Source of the DNA: Eledone cirrhosa
Taxonomy: Eukaryota
Direction of reading: 5' to 3'
Assembly: GCA_964016885.1 (NCBI GenBank)
Contig: OZ024741.1
Span: 129,828,001-129,892,000, forward strand
DNA: 64,000 nt
Shown here one piece after another: positions 13,897 through 28,084 of the stretch. A program made the position numbers and the translations under genes. The first letter of the stretch is position 1; every line of letters starts with the position of its first letter. The notes under the pieces were generated by a model. It was not told the origin of the DNA. It worked only from the letters and a program-made list of their open reading frames with translations, and made no database searches.

Positions 13897-14248
13897 TGAT
13901 GGCTGCCCCCTCGTTATCGAGTATGCCCATTGCACGAGATACCATTATTAATAATTATCAATTAATGTTATCGTGCAATGCCTGAACGTGAAGATTTTTT
14001 TTAAAGTGAGGAAAGACTGTGCACTGAGCCAATCCCACTCTCTGAGCGACAGTAGCTATAACCCGAAAAGAAGAAAAGATCAACATCATCGGTAACTACT
14101 GAGCCGCAGGGTTTATATCGGAGTTATCCCAGTTTCCTGGGTTGCCTTCTCCTAGAAGAATGCCCTAACAAAGGCTAGGGGCCCTTCACTCCCAGTGGCT
14201 TAACTGCGCGATCGGGTATCCAGCCCGACTATTTTTATGTCCCCGCGC
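13897..14248 (-). mobile_element. Non-autonomous RTE-derived element, family A
   Basis: High identity to 29104-29455; RTE-like 5' motif ctaggagaaggc and 3' end tactcgataacgagggggcagccatcat. Confidence 0.7.
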
Positions 14249-14368
14249 ATATACATACACATGCACACATGCATATACACATAATCATATATACATATAC
14301 ATACCTGCATACACGAACACAGAATAACACAGACACAGACACACACATGCACACACACACACACACAT

Positions 14369-14495
<127 letters not shown>

Positions 14496-14624
14496 GGTAT
14501 ACATACGTATAATACGTAATAGTGATTATGAAATAGATTATATATATAAGCACAGTTTAACTCTACTATGTATTGTGTACCTTACTTACTGAAGTTAGCC
14601 CTGATTGAACCAGGGATATATATA

Positions 14625-14665
<41 letters not shown>

Positions 14666-14680
14666 TACCCCTCCCTCCCC

Positions 14681-14719
<39 letters not shown>

Positions 14720-14793
14720 GCTTTGATAACTTTCTTAATTTTAATATCGTTCAGCCAGTATTGACCCAGGCCATTTCTAACTTAATAGCACCA

Positions 14794-14848
<55 letters not shown>

Positions 14849-14851
14849 CAT

Positions 14852-14886
<35 letters not shown>

Positions 14887-15184
14887 CATAGATTTATCTG
14901 CATACATAGATATGTATATAAATATGTATGTGGTTAATTTAAATCTGTGCATCTGTATTACTAATTGCCTAATGCTGTGGTTGTTGCTAGATATAAGCAG
15001 AAACGGCGTAAAATTACGACTGCTGCCCGATGATATCCGTCGCCTCCGTATCAAATATTAGTATGTCTTTAGGTATTGTTATGCAAGGACATGTGTTTTG
15101 GGTATCAAACTGATGGATGTGATTAGTATTTTTATTTGTTCTATGTTTTGTTCGATGTGTGTATGATGTTACTTTGGGATTATA

Positions 15185-16136
15185 CAGGGTGTCCATAAAG
15201 TCTCTTTACAATTTAAAAAATATATTAAAAAGGCAATTGATGACATATCTTAACCAGATTTGTTCTATGTACTCAGTAGTTATCAAAGTTTTTAATCATA
15301 TTGCAATTCTGTATTTCGGGTATCTTGTTGATGAAAGAGGTACTGTTAAATGAACCCCTAAAAACGGCTACTCCTCAAGAAAAGGCACAATGTGTGTCAT
15401 GGTTTATTCAAACAAAACCGATACTCGACTCGGACTCAGTGAAACTACAGAACTAAGACCGGATACTCGGACTCAGTGAAACTACAGAACTAAGACCGGA
15501 TACTCGGACTCAGTGAAACTACAGAACTAAGTATGGAAGAGATCCACCGTCACGTCCGTCAATTCGTGCTGGTCACAAGAAATTTATCATTGGTCAATTT
15601 TTCTTCAACGAGACATCAATTGCTGCAAATGTTTACCTTGACCTTTTGACTGAATATGTGGCACCACAACTAGAGGACCTTTAACCAACAATCATTTTTC
15701 AGCAAGATGGTACACCATCACATTGGGGACTGCATGTTTGTGGGTTCCTAAATCAAACATTTCCAGACGGGTGGATTGGAAAGGATGGCCCAATTCCCTG
15801 ACCACCTAGTTCACCAGATATCACTCCCTTGTACTTCTTTATGTTAAAGATATCGTATATCGAACAAAAATACGAGACATCACTGATCTAAAGCAACAGA
15901 TCACTGATGCTATTGCCACTATTGATGAGGCTATACTACAACAAATATGGCAAGAAAGTGAGTACCGTCTTGATGTGCTTCGTACAACTAATTATGCCCA
16001 TATAGAGGTGTATTAAATTAATTAAAAAAAACTTCAATATCTTCTCCAGATTTTATAATAATTTTCACATATTTGTCTGTTCATTTGCTTTGGTAATAGT
16101 CTTTTTACACTGTAAAGAGTCTTTATGGACACCCTG
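15185..16136 (+). mobile_element. Tc1/mariner transposon, rosa/DD41D-type, internally deleted
   Basis: TIRs CAGGGTGTCCATAAAG / CTTTATGGACACCCTG with TA TSD; transposase remnant FQQDGTPSH...WIG...PPSSPDITPL(Y), with 41 residues between the catalytic positions. Confidence 0.92.
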
Positions 16137-16538
16137 TATATTCTGCTGGTATTTGTTCGGTTCATGGATAGAAATTACTTTATTCGCGTTTATGATGTAG
16201 TGTATTACATTTATGGTTACCCAGACACACGCCTCCCCTACACACATGCAAGTGTATCTCGGCTTACTTCGTCTTGAACTTACGGTGGTCTTTCTTTAAA
16301 ATCTCATTTTATGTCAATTGACACAACTTTATGGAGGTCTGACAAAAATATTAAACCATAAAAAAACATTAAATACAATAAAAACATATACAATCACATT
16401 TAAAGAACTTCTAAAATATACAGCAAAAAAATAATTTAGGGAATGCCTATTAGCATTTTGACTTAAGTCTTGATTTCTGGAACCAGTTAACGATAAGGTA
16501 TACTTCTATAGGGAACTATCTTATGACTCGGGCACCTC

Positions 16539-16578
16539 TGCTGATGAATGTAATAGCCCGGTTACGTAAATATCTGCA
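16539..16578 (+). ncRNA. Degenerate hammerhead-like motif
   Basis: CTGATGA ATGTAAT agcccg GTTACGT AAA; the G of GAAA is missing and helices I and III are poor. Confidence 0.4.
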
Positions 16579-16881
16579 CATATTATTTGTGATTTTCTGA
16601 ACATTGAGGATCTATATCTGCATTTGTGAAGGTATGTTGCACAGAAACGATTTCGTCCGGGGGAGGACAATTTGACCTTTCTCTCAACTTAAACACCAAC
16701 ACCGCATCTGATCTGCTATTAACTAAATGTGTACACTTCAAACGGCTGATTGCAACCGCATTACTGCCATTGCGCAGATTCATTGAGTGAGCTAGATACT
16801 GGCCGGGGAACGTTGAATTAGTACCAGCGATCTTCGTTAATTTTATTATATATATATATATATATATATGTATAATATAGA

Positions 16882-16942
<61 letters not shown>

Positions 16943-16943
16943 A

Positions 16944-17031
<88 letters not shown>

Positions 17032-17522
17032 CAATATATTTAGAAACACACAGATACATGCGGACACACACATATATACATGAATGCATCCGCACCCAAC
17101 TGTGAGTTAACTCTGGTCGAGCAATCTTTGAAGTGTGGGGACAGCTGGAAAGCTTCCATTACTCATACTTCTCGCCTTCTTCACCACCTCTTCTACGGCC
17201 TCGATATGAATACCCCCTCCGCCTCCGTGGTATTTTCTTCGGGGTTATAAGAGGCTTAGCTCTGTTTCTCGACCGTTATATCGCGTGACTATCTCCCCCT
17301 CCGCCTTTTGGGATTCTTTCTCACGTCGTGTAGACGCGTTCTTGAGACTAGTAAAATGAGGTATCCTCTTGATAAGTCGGCAGACCTCGCAGGGACTCTA
17401 TATCTTTATGATATATTGTTTTTGTTTATGCCACGAAACTACGTAGTCGAGGAATTTAGGAGCAGTTTAGGTATGATACATTTTATTACTAATTATATCT
17501 AAATGTTTCTTCTCTCTTCATA

Positions 17523-17569
<47 letters not shown>

Positions 17570-17575
<6 letters not shown>

Positions 17576-18311
17576 TATGTACACGTACATACATATATGT
17601 ATACAGACGTACAGTAGTATGTATATATATATACATACATGCACACATATATATATACATGCACGTATGGATTCACCGAACATTTATTATAATGCTCGGT
17701 GTGTTTGTAAACAAACATCCCGTATTAAGCCGTGCATATATATATGTGTGCATGTATGTATATATATATACATACTACTGTACGTCTGTATACATATATG
17801 TATGTACGTATACATACTTATATTTAAGTAACAGCCGTATTAAGAGTGGGAAATGAAATTTCGTTTCATTTTTTCCGTTTATCGTTTTCGGTGCACCCGG
17901 CCGATTAACCCACTCGATATGCAAATTGGGCGACTCAGCCGTTAATATGCATAAGGAAAGTATATACTTTCGGACGTTCAACTACCTGGCAGGAAGGTAT
18001 ACGTTGCTGACGATAGCTAACAAGCTTGAAACTAGTACAGCGTTCCTTTGTCAGTGTTGAACAAACGAGCAACGGTGGTTGCTAGACACTACGCCTTAAT
18101 ACGGGATGTTTGTTTACAAACACACCGAGCATTATAATAAATGTTCGGTGAATCCATACGTACATATATGTATATGTGTGCATGTATGTATATATATATA
18201 CATACTACTGTACGTCTGTATACATATATGTATGTACGTATACATACTTATATTTAAGTAACAGCCGTACTAAGAGTGGGAAATGAAATTTCGTTTCATT
18301 TTTTTCCGTTT
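17570..18311 (+). mobile_element. Non-coding hammerhead element: 430-bp partial tandem unit plus an inverted copy (retrozyme or pLTR-like)
   Basis: 17735-17880 repeated at 18165-18311 (period 430); 17570-17729 is an inverted copy of about 18096-18252; one hammerhead per unit. Confidence 0.8.
18001..18043 (+). ncRNA. Minimal type I hammerhead ribozyme
   Basis: ACGTTG CTGACGA t AGC taacaa GCT t GAAA ctag TA CAGCGT; 6-bp helix I with one GU, palindromic helix III ACTAGT. Confidence 0.85.
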
Positions 18312-18500
18312 GGTCAGTCAATGGCAACATTGAGGACCGAATAAATTCGATTACCGATATAAAAGACACAGAAGCGAAAACCAACCAAACAGTGAGTGTG
18401 TTCTTTTATTAATTCTGGCAATATTACACAAATATGACCCTCCCCAAGTATAACAATATTTGTTTCGACACACGATTTCATATAAAAAACCTCGCAAAAC

Positions 18501-18548
<48 letters not shown>

Positions 18549-18634
18549 GGAGGTGAGTTTTATTGTAGTACAATAAAGCAATGCAGATATCGGATAAGAA
18601 GCACTCTACAGTTTGTAGGACTGGAGTATACATA

Positions 18635-18841
18635 ATATATAAGATCAAAAGATGGTTAAAAGAGTTCCATGTATTTTATTATGCGCATTTTAAAAACAAA
18701 TATCATCATGCAATAACATTTGTGTTTTCATCAGATCAAATATTTTATCTGATGAAAACACAAATGTTATTGCATGAAGATATTTGTTTTTGAAATGCGC
18801 ATAATAAAATACATGAAACTCTTTTAACCATCTTTTGATCT

Positions 18842-18848
<7 letters not shown>
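18635..18848. repeat. Spacerless palindrome (about 105-bp arms) of a hammerhead element
   Basis: Axis at 18741/18742; the same sequence occurs unpaired at 32680-32779. Confidence 0.92.
18741..18811 (+). ncRNA. Type I hammerhead ribozyme with long helix II
   Basis: TATTTTAT CTGATGA aaacacaaatgtt...gatatttgttttt GAAA tgcgca TA ATAAAATA; the mirror copy at 18672-18740 has a mutated GAAA. Confidence 0.88.
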
Positions 18849-18880
<32 letters not shown>

Positions 18881-18973
18881 GTATATATGTTCCTATAACC
18901 ATGCCCATTCCGAGCTGAGGATCCGCTAAGGTGAAACAATTGTTCTCGGTATGGTGCACTAACTGTTGTGTAA

Positions 18974-19058
<85 letters not shown>

Positions 19059-19062
<4 letters not shown>

Positions 19063-19599
19063 AAAAAGGACTATAGAAGAACCAAATCCTACGAACACAC
19101 GATATCATAAAGAGCAAAAGACAATCTAAGTCAATGAAAAACATCCTAACACATGCCAAAGTACTGTCAACCACAACAACGAAACCCACAGTAAAAAAAA
19201 TGCGATAGACCCAACTGTGGCATATGCATCAACCTAATAGAGGGTTTGGAATTCTATTTCAAAGAAGGACAACGTTTTATAGTAAAACACAATTTCACAT
19301 GCGCATCAAAAAATCTAATATATGTATTAACTTGCTCAGGTTGTCGAGAACAATACATAGGCCAGACCAAAAACACCCTCCGCCAACGCATGACTGTCCA
19401 TAGATCCCAAATTAAAATACGGGAATACAGGAAAATACCACTGAGTAAACACATTGATACCTGTGCCGCCCCAAATCATCCCAACTTCAGAATCTTTCCC
19501 CTCTACAAATTTAAAGATAATGCCACCCACACCCAGCGCATCAGCAACGAATCTTACTTTATTAACAAATACGGACCCCGTCTAAACACTTCTCCCTAA
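19059..19599 (+). pseudogene. Penelope-like (Neptune-type) linker plus GIY-YIG endonuclease, 5'-truncated
   Basis: CDRPNCGIC zinc motif, TCASKNLIYVLTCSGCREQYIGQT...LRQRMTVH...E...LN; frameshift in the A-run near 19200; starts at (TA)n. Confidence 0.9.
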
Positions 19600-20135
19600 G
19601 ACGAACCCACAACATACACACGTCAACATACATACCTACATCAGCATACATCTCTATCCACATACAAACACAATGAAATACGTAAGCACACATGTTCTAT
19701 GGTGCAACACAAATATACACAAATTTGCATACCTTTTGATGTCTATAGATATAAACGTGCCGACACACACACATACATAAACGCACACCTGCATTGCACA
19801 CTGATGGGCACATACATATTTGTACACATGTATTCCAATACGGCAAGGCCTAATAGATTCCCTTTGCAGTACGTACAATCTGGACACTCACACACACCTT
19901 GGTATTATGCCAATACTATATATCATTTCACACCTTTTATTATTAAGGTTTTTGATGTTCTATTGAGAGAATCGTTTTTACTGAAAATATCGAATAATGT
20001 ACACCATTTTACCAGTATCACAAAAATAAATACTGTTCCACCCACACACACACACATTCTCACACACACACACACACATATATACACACACACACACACA
20101 CATATATACACACACACATACACACGCGTACATTA

Positions 20136-20205
<70 letters not shown>

Positions 20206-20312
20206 CTCCGTATAAGACAAGAGCTGAAAAATATCTTTTAACATGTTAAAATATCCCCCACACACTTACAGACACATTCCTACTGACCATCCCTCTACCA
20301 CGAATTACTCTG

Positions 20313-20371
<59 letters not shown>

Positions 20372-21202
20372 TCTTAATAGGCATTTGAACTGTCAACAGG
20401 CTGCGGTTCGCACACACATCTCTGCTGACCATTATCACAACAACGAACCTCTTTACTACTACTACACACACACACATATTTGTTTTGAAAGACTTATTTT
20501 TCAGTGACTTCTCAATCAGCCGACACAAACCTACATTTGGCGCAAAATCAATTTTTAACATTCACATGACCTCTACCGACCAATCAAAATTGTTTTGACC
20601 ACAAGAATTTTTGCAACATGAATTGGCGCGAAACTTATTTTAATACCGCTGGAGCCACTTTTTTCACATAAAAACAGGTAGAATTTCCAAAACTAATCAG
20701 ATTAGAGCAAACATCACGGACGCTCTATCTCAAAATTATTTTTGAAAAGCATTAGAAATGCGCAACCGGTAAAACTTAAAACCAAAACTGAATACTAACC
20801 AATACTATTACCAATTCTCACTTATTCCTAATTAAACTATTTTTCACTGTGAACAATTTGTCAGCATTTTCTTTTCCGTTTACCAATATATCATAACTCG
20901 TGTGTTACACCTCTATTCTTTTAAATATATATATATAGAACAACACACCACATACACATCAGTTTGACAAGCGCACCTCAGCGTGAAAGGTCTTTTTAAA
21001 AACGAAACAATACCTCCTACGTTAACCAAGAACTCCTAAGACCTAACCAACAACCAACAACTTAATTTATAAAATAATTTTTTTTAAGAAAAATTTTTTG
21101 GGATTTTGTGAAGAAAATAAATTTGTTGAAAGCACAAGTGAAGCCATTTTTTCTTCCCCCCTGTCTTAATATACCTAACTGTACCAAGGATTACACACAT
21201 TT

Positions 21203-21261
<59 letters not shown>

Positions 21262-21454
21262 CTGTTTTAAAGACGTGTGTAATTTGAAGGGAATTTGGCT
21301 GTTCTTTATGGCAATGTGATTGATCACATCGAGGCTATCTTGTAGATTTTAAATTCTGGGGATAGCAAGAGCCAACAGGTGGACAAGTAGGACTCAGTAA
21401 AAGTACACAATTGCAGCTTTTCTGCACATTTGTTTGGTCGTGATATTGATGGCT

Positions 21455-21557
<103 letters not shown>

Positions 21558-21774
21558 GAGGTGTAGTCTAAATTTACCACCATGCACACACTTCTTCTTT
21601 CCTGTTGGTTTTGTTGTTGTTTAGTCCTATGTAAGCCCTGATCTAGAAGGAGCAATAAAAACACACTATCCGGTGTGTGTTTTACTAAGATGATATCTGA
21701 AAGTGACTAAATCCAATGATACTGTAAATGGTGATAGTGTGGTTTAATGAAAGAGTCGTTTAATGAGCGAGTAG

Positions 21775-22120
21775 TTTAATATTGTATTGTGTATAAGTAC
21801 AGTGTGGTTTAATATTGATTTGTGTATAAGGACATTGTAGTTTAATATTGTATTGTGTATAAGGGCAGTGTGGTTTAATATTGATTTGTGTATAAGGACA
21901 TTGTCGTTTAATATTGTATTTTGTATAAGGACAGTGTGGGTTAATATTGCTTTGTGTATAAGGACATAGTGGTTTAATATTATATGTTGTATAAGGACAT
22001 TGTTGTTTAATATTGAATTGTGTATAAGGATATTGTGGTTTAATACTGTATGTTGTATAAGGACAGTGTGACTACTGGTTCGTGAGAGACTGGTTAAATA
22101 TTGTTATGTGTATAAGGATA
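21775..22120. repeat. 33-bp minisatellite (about 9-10 degenerate units)
   Basis: tttaatattgtattgtgtataaggacagtgtgg at 21775, 21808, 21841, 21874 and onward. Confidence 0.9.
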
Positions 22121-22229
22121 GGTTGATTACAGGTGGTTAGTGAGAGAGTAGTGAATATATCGTGATTAATATTTTGGTTAACGTAATTATTATTATGGTT
22201 AGTGACATATCGTTGACATCAAACACATC

Positions 22230-22446
22230 GGTGGATTGGCAGAATCAGTAGAGCGTCGGACAATATGCTTAGCGGCATACAGTTATGGCCCTTTACGTTC
22301 TGAGTTCAAATCCCGCCGAGGTTAACTTTGCCTTTCATCCTCACGGGATCGATAAAATAAAGTACTAGTCACGCACTGGGGTCGATTTAATCGACATTCC
22401 CCTCCCCCAAAGTTGCTGACCTTGTGCCTATATAAGAAACCATTAT
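22230..22446 (+). mobile_element. SINE family 1 (full length)
   Basis: Head, B-box, core and tail. Confidence 0.85.
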
Positions 22447-22459
22447 AGCCGTCATCTTT

Positions 22460-22912
22460 ATCGTCATCATCATCATCATCGCTACTACCATCGCCACTTC
22501 TCTCCACCACCACCACAATGCACCACCACTACATCACCACCACCACCACCACTAGTAAAACTATCACCATACTACCACAAATGCCACCGCCTTCATCGTC
22601 ATCACCACCACCACTGCAAGCACAACTACCAACACCAGTAGCAGAGCACCACCACCACCACCACTACCACTAACAGCAGCACCAGCACCAAAACCACCAC
22701 CACCACCACCACTATCAAACCCTCCCACACTAACCCTCCCCCACCACAACCACCACCACCACCACTATCCCCCCCCCCCCACAACCACCACCACCATTAC
22801 TATCACCACCACCATGATCACTAGCAGCAGCAAGAGCATCATCACCACCACCACCACCACCAAGGCCAGCAACAGCAGCAGCATCAGCATGAAGAGCAAC
22901 CACTAATGTTAT

Positions 22913-22950
<38 letters not shown>

Positions 22951-22960
22951 TGAATAGCAC
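22460..22960. repeat. CCA/CAG/CAT trinucleotide low-complexity tract
   Basis: Direct composition. Confidence 0.9.
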
Positions 22961-23304
22961 CCCTCCCCACACACCCAAACTGATCAGTTTAATAACTGAT
23001 GATTAGCAGTGATTATCGACAGTCTGTTGGCAGACGAGGTAAGGGGAGGAGGAGGGGGGGGGGCGGAGATGGTAGTGGCAGAGGGCAATAGGATGAGTGA
23101 GTTAGTAGTGGTGGTGTGTCAGTGGTGGCAATGATTGGAATGTGGAGGCGGTGGCGAGGAGACAGATGAGGGGAGGTGTGGCGTGGTGGGTTTAGGGGGT
23201 GGTGGGGGACGTAGGTGGTGAATGGAGGTGGTGGCGGTGGATATGTAAGTGTTAACAGTTGTGACCTGATGCTAAGGTCACAGTGACCTTGCTGTCTACA
23301 GAGC

Positions 23305-23385
23305 ATATATATATATATATAGATATATATATAATGTATGTATGTATATATATATACACACACACACATGCATAGATACATGTAT

Positions 23386-23419
<34 letters not shown>

Positions 23420-23533
23420 GTATATGTATATATATATATAATGTATGTATGTATATATATATACACACACGCACACACATGCATAGATACATGTATATAC
23501 ATACATACATATATATATATGTATGTATGTATG

Positions 23534-23610
<77 letters not shown>

Positions 23611-23679
23611 GTATATATACACACACCAACACACATGCATAGATACATGTATATACATACATACATACATACAAATATA

Positions 23680-23764
<85 letters not shown>

Positions 23765-23817
23765 TAAATATATATATATATATGTATGTATATGTATATG
23801 CATGTATCTATGTATGA

Positions 23818-23889
<72 letters not shown>

Positions 23890-23912
23890 ATGTATGTATA
23901 TGTATGTATATG

Positions 23913-23982
<70 letters not shown>

Positions 23983-24058
23983 CATATATGTATGTATATA
24001 TACATATATATATATACGTGTGTATATATATACAGACATACATGCATATATACATACA

Positions 24059-24113
<55 letters not shown>

Positions 24114-24154
24114 TATACATACATATACATACATATACATACATACATATAAAC

Positions 24155-24192
<38 letters not shown>

Positions 24193-24342
24193 GTATATAT
24201 ATACATACATTGTATTGGCACGGCTTGTATTCGCGTTCTCACGTATACATATGCACAGACACTCACAAACAAAGCTCTCTAAATGCACATGAATGTGTGC
24301 ATGCATGTGTGTATGTGTGTGTGTCTGCACACGCACACGCAC

Positions 24343-24432
<90 letters not shown>

Positions 24433-24553
24433 AATGTTTTTTCGCGTCCACATTTATAACGATTTCCTATTCTCAACAAGTGTGTGTGTATGTATGTGTA
24501 TTTACGAATGTAGGTATGTATATATGTATGTATGTATATATATATATTTATAA

Positions 24554-24591
<38 letters not shown>

Positions 24592-24604
24592 CATATATAC
24601 ACAC

Positions 24605-24690
<86 letters not shown>
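23305..24690. repeat. Large compound (TA)n/(CA)n/(TATG)n microsatellite with internal block duplications
   Basis: Block catgcatagatacatgtatatacatacat occurs three times, with a partial inverted copy near 23800. Confidence 0.9.
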
Positions 24691-24692
<2 letters not shown>

Positions 24693-24937
24693 GAACGAGT
24701 AGGACCCCGACGGCTGAGCTCAAGCCGTTTCGACGGCTAATTCTGGACTCAGAGAAAGAGAGATGGAGACTGAGATAGAGGAGAGAAAGAGACTCTTCGA
24801 GTCCAGAATTAGCCGTCGAAACGGCTTGAGCTCAGCCGTCGGGGTCCTACTCGTTCCTATTACCCACTCTACTACCCTAAGTATTGAGTACGTTGGTGCG
24901 TTATGGTCCATCTGGTTCCTTACCACATTTCCTTCGT

Positions 24938-24945
<8 letters not shown>
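24691..24945 (+). mobile_element. Half-hammerhead fold-back element (family H), copy 1
   Basis: Right arm: tagccgtc GAAA CGGC ttgagctca GCCG TC ggggtcc plus about 100-bp tail to (TA)n; left arm 24691-24750 is its inverted copy; related copies at 44633-44810 and 53256-53455. Confidence 0.85.
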
Positions 24946-24995
<50 letters not shown>

Positions 24996-25202
24996 TGTGT
25001 GTGTGTATGTATGTATATACACCTCTTTATCAGGATTCTATGCCTCAGTAATTCCCTTTTAACGCCCACTTTCCATTCTTGCTTCCCAGCCATCTTAAAA
25101 ATATTTCCTCAAACTCCCGAATTCCGTTGTTCCAAAACGTTTCTCTCTCTTTCTCTCCTCTATCTCAGTCTCTCTCTCTCTCTCTCTCTGTCTGTCTCTC
25201 TC

Positions 25203-25245
<43 letters not shown>

Positions 25246-25271
25246 CTCACTCACTTTCTCCGAACTTGCTA

Positions 25272-25303
25272 TTTCCTGAAGATGGACGTATGTCCGAAGC
25301 GTT
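25272..25303 (+). ncRNA. Degenerate minimal hammerhead (GAAA to GAAG)
   Basis: CTGAAGA t GGAC gtat GTCC GAAG cgtt, in an island (25020-25390) ending at (TA)n. Confidence 0.7.
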
Positions 25304-25386
25304 TTAATCCTCATTTATTCAGCTACTTCTGAAACATGAACCTAATAAGACTTTGTATTTGTCTGTGATTGACTCGTGTATTCTTG

Positions 25387-25445
<59 letters not shown>

Positions 25446-25740
25446 AAGTAAGTCCGTCGGAAAGGTCCAGGAAAAAAGAGTGCTCTATGTGATTTACAGA
25501 GCTTATTAGTTAAATTTTGCCGTCTTGTATCACTGTCAACATAATAATATTTTTTATTTTTTATTTTCTTAATCCTTATTTTTTATTTGCTTATTTGTAT
25601 GTGACGGCCTACTATGATTATTTATTCTTATTTGCGTGTGTGCATATGTATCCTTTTATATGTGAGTACGCGTGCATATGTGTATATATATGTGTGTATG
25701 TATGTGTGTGTATGTATGTATGTGTATGTGTATATATATG

Positions 25741-25775
<35 letters not shown>

Positions 25776-25837
25776 GTATGTGTGTGCATGTATATATATA
25801 TATGTGTGTGTGTGTGTGTTGGTGTGTTTATGTATGG

Positions 25838-25875
<38 letters not shown>

Positions 25876-26180
25876 ATGTGTGTGTATATGTGTCTCTGTG
25901 TATATATATATGTGTATATATGCGTGTATATATGTATATATATATGTGTATATGTGTATATATGTGTATGTATATATATATGTGTATATATGCGTGTATA
26001 TATGTATATATGTATATATGTGTGTATATGTGAGTGTGTGTGCGTGTGTGTGTGTACGTGTGTGTTGTTATATATTCTTATTTATTATTCTCTTCTCCCC
26101 CACCCCTTTTTTTACTCCAGCCTCACTTTCATATCTGTTATATGTTTGTTTTTCAAATCGACTGTCAATAAAGACAATAA

Positions 26181-26232
26181 ATTCTGATGAATGAAAGCAA
26201 TTTTGTTTGCTTTCAAGAAACCACTGGTAAAT
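26181..26232 (+). ncRNA. Type I hammerhead ribozyme
   Basis: ATT CTGATGA a TGAAAGCAA ttttgt TTGCTTTCA a GAAA CCA c TGG TA AAT; 9-bp helix II. Confidence 0.85.
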
Positions 26233-26294
26233 GAAATAATTATCTTATGTTGTTTATTACACAACTAAACATCTATCTATCTATCTATCTATCT

Positions 26295-26377
<83 letters not shown>

Positions 26378-26410
26378 ATGTATATATATATATATATATA
26401 TACACACACA

Positions 26411-26479
<69 letters not shown>

Positions 26480-26492
26480 TTCAAAATCATAC

Positions 26493-26628
<136 letters not shown>

Positions 26629-26720
26629 GTTATTCCGGGTTGAATCGGAGGTAACCACAGTAAGTAAGGTACTCAATACATAGCAGAGTATAACAGTTTT
26701 AATATAGATGAGATTCTACA

Positions 26721-26760
26721 GGACTAGAACTGTTTCATTCATTTGAAATCATCAGGAATC
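26721..26760 (-). ncRNA. Degenerate hammerhead motif
   Basis: Minus strand: gattc CTGATGA t TTCA aa TGAA t GAAA cagt TC tagtc. Confidence 0.55.
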
Positions 26761-26828
26761 GCCAGGGAGCTGGTCTCGATTTTCAGCCCCATGGATTTTA
26801 CCTATTACATTCACGTATTATATTTCGA

Positions 26829-26886
26829 ATACCTGATGATATCACCGGATTCATACGGAACCCGGTCATTGAAATGATCATAGTAT
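26829..26886 (+). ncRNA. Type I hammerhead ribozyme with extended helix II
   Basis: ATAC CTGATGA tatc ACCGG...CCGGT catt GAAA tgatca TA GTAT, followed by AATAAA; palindromic helix III ATGATCAT. Confidence 0.8.
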
Positions 26887-26939
26887 AATAAACCTTTCAA
26901 GGATTTACACAAATCCAGCCTCCTGTCATTTCATTATAT

Positions 26940-27060
<121 letters not shown>

Positions 27061-28084
27061 TTGAGAAGTGACACACGAGTTGATATATATTAGGAAAAGA
27101 AGAAAACAATTGAAAATGCTAATAGAATTTTATCATAGAAAAACAGAAAAATATTTTTTATTAACAACTTTTTGTACCGGTTTCAGTCGATAAAAATATA
27201 ATAAAGTTAAGGTGTATATTAATTAGAAGAGAATATTAGAAAACATAGTTTACATATATATAAATTCACATTTTCGTTTATATCTTTCTCTCTTTCTCTT
27301 TCTAGGAGGTGTGGTGGTAGTAGCAGCCCAAATAGTAGTAGCAGTGGGATTGTCCCGTGTCACTGTCTGACTCGCTATCTGACCTCAGCAAAATCAGGGG
27401 AAGTAATCGACAATGAATCGTTTCTCACTGTTTTGTGAGTGCGTGTGTGTGTGCATGTATGTATATATATATATATATATATATATGGATAAGAGAGTAT
27501 TGAAGTTTGCTTGAAGCATTGTGGAATAATAATAATTTTTTTTTTGTCGTTTTGGAAGCCTCAACAATGCAGATGGGTAAATCTCCGGGTAAGAGAATCC
27601 GGTGGTGAAGAGAGAGATGTAAGGGAGTATAGAATGAGATGTGTAGTGTGTAGTGGAACGTAGGAAAGAGCGAAAAAATAAAAATAATAACACGAGATAG
27701 AGTTACCTTGGGAGAGATTTAATTGTTCCTATATTTCGGATTCGCATCCATAAACTGGGGGGAGGGGGGGATTATCTGTCGGAGAGGGACGGTACGTGTC
27801 CTCTGCTGTCCGCTGTTTGTGACTAACAGCAGAAAATGAACAACACAAAATATAACTGCTCCATAACCAAATGTTTCTGGATCTCAGACAATAATAATAT
27901 ACGTCTGTATCGGTCGTCAGGCAGAGTAGTTATAATTTATGTTGTTCATTTTCTAATTAAATATATATATATGCTCGTACTAGTCTTAATTAGCAGCTTA
28001 TTATCTCCGCCCCACACTCTCTTCTTGTCTTTCTTTCTTTATATATGCATATACATACATAAATACATACATACATAAAAACCA

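Noticed and set aside
14195-14248. Pistol-like ribozyme at the 5' end of RTE-derived family A
   Set aside because: Only scattered aaatag and ttaagcc words; the order and the second copy do not fit
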